A DNA stretch of 64,000 nucleotides from a bacterium (lineage in GTDB: Bacteria; UBA10199; 2-02-FULL-44-16; JAAZCA01). The stretch is from NCBI GenBank assembly GCA_963674695.2, contig CAXXGI010000001.1, positions 448,001 to 512,000 on the forward strand, written 5' to 3'. Position 1 is the stretch's first letter; each line of letters opens with the position of its first letter. The notes beneath the pieces are model-generated. The model saw only the letters and a program-made list of their open reading frames with translations. It did no database searches and was not told where the DNA came from. Below are positions 63,001-64,000 of the stretch, one piece after another. The position numbers and the translations under genes are program-made.

Positions 63001-64000
63001 GGGCGGTTGAGTGCGTTATAGGTCAAACGCGTCGTGACCCAGAGGTCGCCCTCTTCCACACTCCCGGGCCGGTCGATGCGCACAAGGTTCCCTTCGGCAT
63101 CGTAAGAACGCTTGGTCACCGCTCCGGTCGGATCGACCGTCTCGATCGGATGCCCCATAGCATCGTATTCCTGTTGGAGGACACTCCCGGCCGCGTCGAC
63201 GACCTGGGTCTGATTACCCACGCTGTCATAGGCATAGTGGGTGCGAAGGGAGAGCCCGTCAGGATCGACGAGTTGCGTCTCCGGATATCCGCGGCTATCG
63301 CCCGAGGCATAATAGGCATACGCGGTCACCAGCCCCGTGGGATCGGTTTTGCGCGTCATCTGGCCGTGCTCGTTGTGCGCGAAGAGCAGATGCGCTTCCT
63401 GCGCCTGGCCGTTGCGATCATGCGCGATGGGTTCATCGAGACGAACAAGGCTCGCCTGAATGGAATCGACCTGACCATCGCCGTTGAGATCGCCCTGGCC
63501 GAGAGGGAGATCGGCAAAGATCACCGCCGCCGTATTGGAAGAGATATCCATCGCCGCCCCAAGCTGCGCGAGGCTCGCGCCCTCTTGATACGCATACCAC
63601 CAGGTCTTGGTGACCCCATCGGTCGTCTCGCTCAGCACCTGCATCGCCAGCGGCTCGAAGCGGCGTTCCGTCTCGATCACATCGCCGCCGCGCGCGGCAT
63701 CGGGGACGCGGCGCACGCGCACCGCATTGGCCGCAAAGAGCCGATCGACGGTCGGGTCGCCGCTTTCCATCGCCTGATAGGTCGTCTCCACCCGGTTGCC
63801 CGCGGGGCGCTGTTCGCTCGTCATCTGACCGTTGAGGTCGTAGGTATAGCGGGTGACATAAGCCTCCGGATCGCCGTCGCGCAGGCCGCGGGTGAAGGCA
63901 TGGACCGCCAGGGCGTTTCCCTGACAGTTATATTCGAAGAGGCGTTCGTTTCCATTTCGGTCCGTGAGCCGCGTGCGGGAGGCAACCCGATCCACCTCTT
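60009..64000 (-). CDS. RHS/YD-repeat protein, 5'-truncated by the window edge, with ~167-aa C-terminal extension
   Basis: Many YDxxGR/N repeats; core YYYRNRMYSSELGRFMQRDPI..NLYAYVGGNPVNRDDPMGL. Confidence 0.95.
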   Translation of the reverse strand, partial: EVDRVASRTRLTDRNGNERLFEYNCQGNALAVHAFTRGLRDGDPEAYVTRYTYDLNGQMTSEQRPAGNRVETTYQAMESGDPTVDRLFAANAVRVRRVPDAARGGDVIETERRFEPLAMQVLSETTDGVTKTWWYAYQEGASLAQLGAAMDISSNTAAVIFADLPLGQGDLNGDGQVDSIQASLVRLDEPIAHDRNGQAQEAHLLFAHNEHGQMTRKTDPTGLVTAYAYYASGDSRGYPETQLVDPDGLSLRTHYAYDSVGNQTQVVDAAGSVLQQEYDAMGHPIETVDPTGAVTKRSYDAEGNLVRIDRPGSVEEGDLWVTTRLTYNALNRPVLREGEVSADRFVVTEYRYDGNENRTRVIRPMGNSTLTEYDERDLVLRVRRGFDSPEESVERYRYDANGNKVAMVDGAGARTEYVYDGHDRLVETIDPVGSRTRLTYDAFDRVVREERFGAPEPDSDPETLLAQKERVYDERGRVLIEREYAVANSIAGDSRETTFSYDAASRLIETIDPLGAIATVAYDSAGRVSVERDAVGNEVRTLRDGMGRPTEIAQGEIDEVSGATVERTTRIAYDVAGRMVSREDDMGQTERFAYDGRGNRIWQADAEGRVTLQRFDGLDRPTVEIRQGGVETTTIYNDNGDVVALIDAKGNRTDFAYDALDRRVRTVLPDGAAYAVEYDGASRPVRRVDPRGVEERKSYDGAGHLLARRAWQEGNLLREDAFRYDGLGRMREAESRDGAGLLISHLEEGFDPYGRNDVSLQDGRRVDRAFNAQDRLTSLTTPDGIAVSYTRDAIGRIDTVAEATAGLIAQFDHVGGRRAQARLGNQLTASYAYDAIARPIQKWVEAPGGAHPFDLAAVYDGVGNRLSEIDRHAGDYERRYQYDDLDRLTEATLGSERIAYDLDPLDNITARTRYRDPNDPALTDLTTYTVDALNQYPELSLSIDGGDGVATTLVYDAAGNLIDDGVQRYVYDDRNLLIEVRNHDDDTLIVQYAYDALKRRIAVIHADGRIVEYLYDGWQVVQEYEDGIFVNGYVLDDTIDNPIAMLRDGETFFYQTDFNRNVRMLTDELGQVAERYSYDPYGTVTITDADGIELESSAIGNAYLFSSRRYDEEAGFYYYRNRMYSSELGRFMQRDPIWYDDGMNLYAYVGGNPVNRDDPMGLFMFPIMITPDAFDNPEIYATDTPGYISFDIGHNFEVRFETSVSLGLVNYSSDSTLSYITPSFGAGLDVTVRRKGVEPIASYQIGEGRNFSIGISIGESNEEPVLGGINLSIGPSFGFPHQVALQEKSLYGSTNMNFEDVAVMLMQQSNRSTHVECGQGDDRHPKKGR

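Noticed and set aside
60009-64000. Type VI secretion or Tc toxin locus
   Set aside because: No structural genes in the window; undecidable because the RHS N-terminus lies beyond the edge.

Overview
GC-rich bacterial chromosomal segment, most plausibly from a deltaproteobacterial-type lineage (inferred from MglA, GGGC-type C-terminal sorting tails and a TraB-like OmpA protein). 1-45 kb: orphan and secreted genes, then housekeeping genes (ald, coaX, smc-ftsY, ppdK, dimeric glyQS, rho, dapF-dapA-dapB-folK-fsa-mglA). A porCDAB operon runs directly into a HydCBA/Bfu-like electron-bifurcating module with no catalytic hydrogenase domain, followed by an S8 lipoprototease gene, kce and a methyltransferase. 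45-64 kb: a tightly packed minus-strand operon of an RHS protein (5' end outside the window), a small 2-TM gene, a CTERM-anchored S8 protease, a secreted unknown, a 3270-aa CTERM-anchored surface protein and a TraB-like beta-barrel/OmpA protein. Intergenic DNA in 7-45 kb holds nine TGTCAT...TGACA palindromic elements. Four carry a nested 19-25 nt hairpin micro-insertion, with matching empty copies in the same window, and some sit inside MITE-like outer inverted repeats. Best candidates for new biology: the RHS plus TraAB-like surface operon, the nested micro-insertion family, the POR-Bfu complex, an MglA with natural G21A/Q82E changes, and tandem NrdR-like boxes plus a DnaA box at the smc promoter. 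No tRNA, rRNA, CRISPR array or transposase was recognised. All family calls are by eye from motifs; no searches were run.
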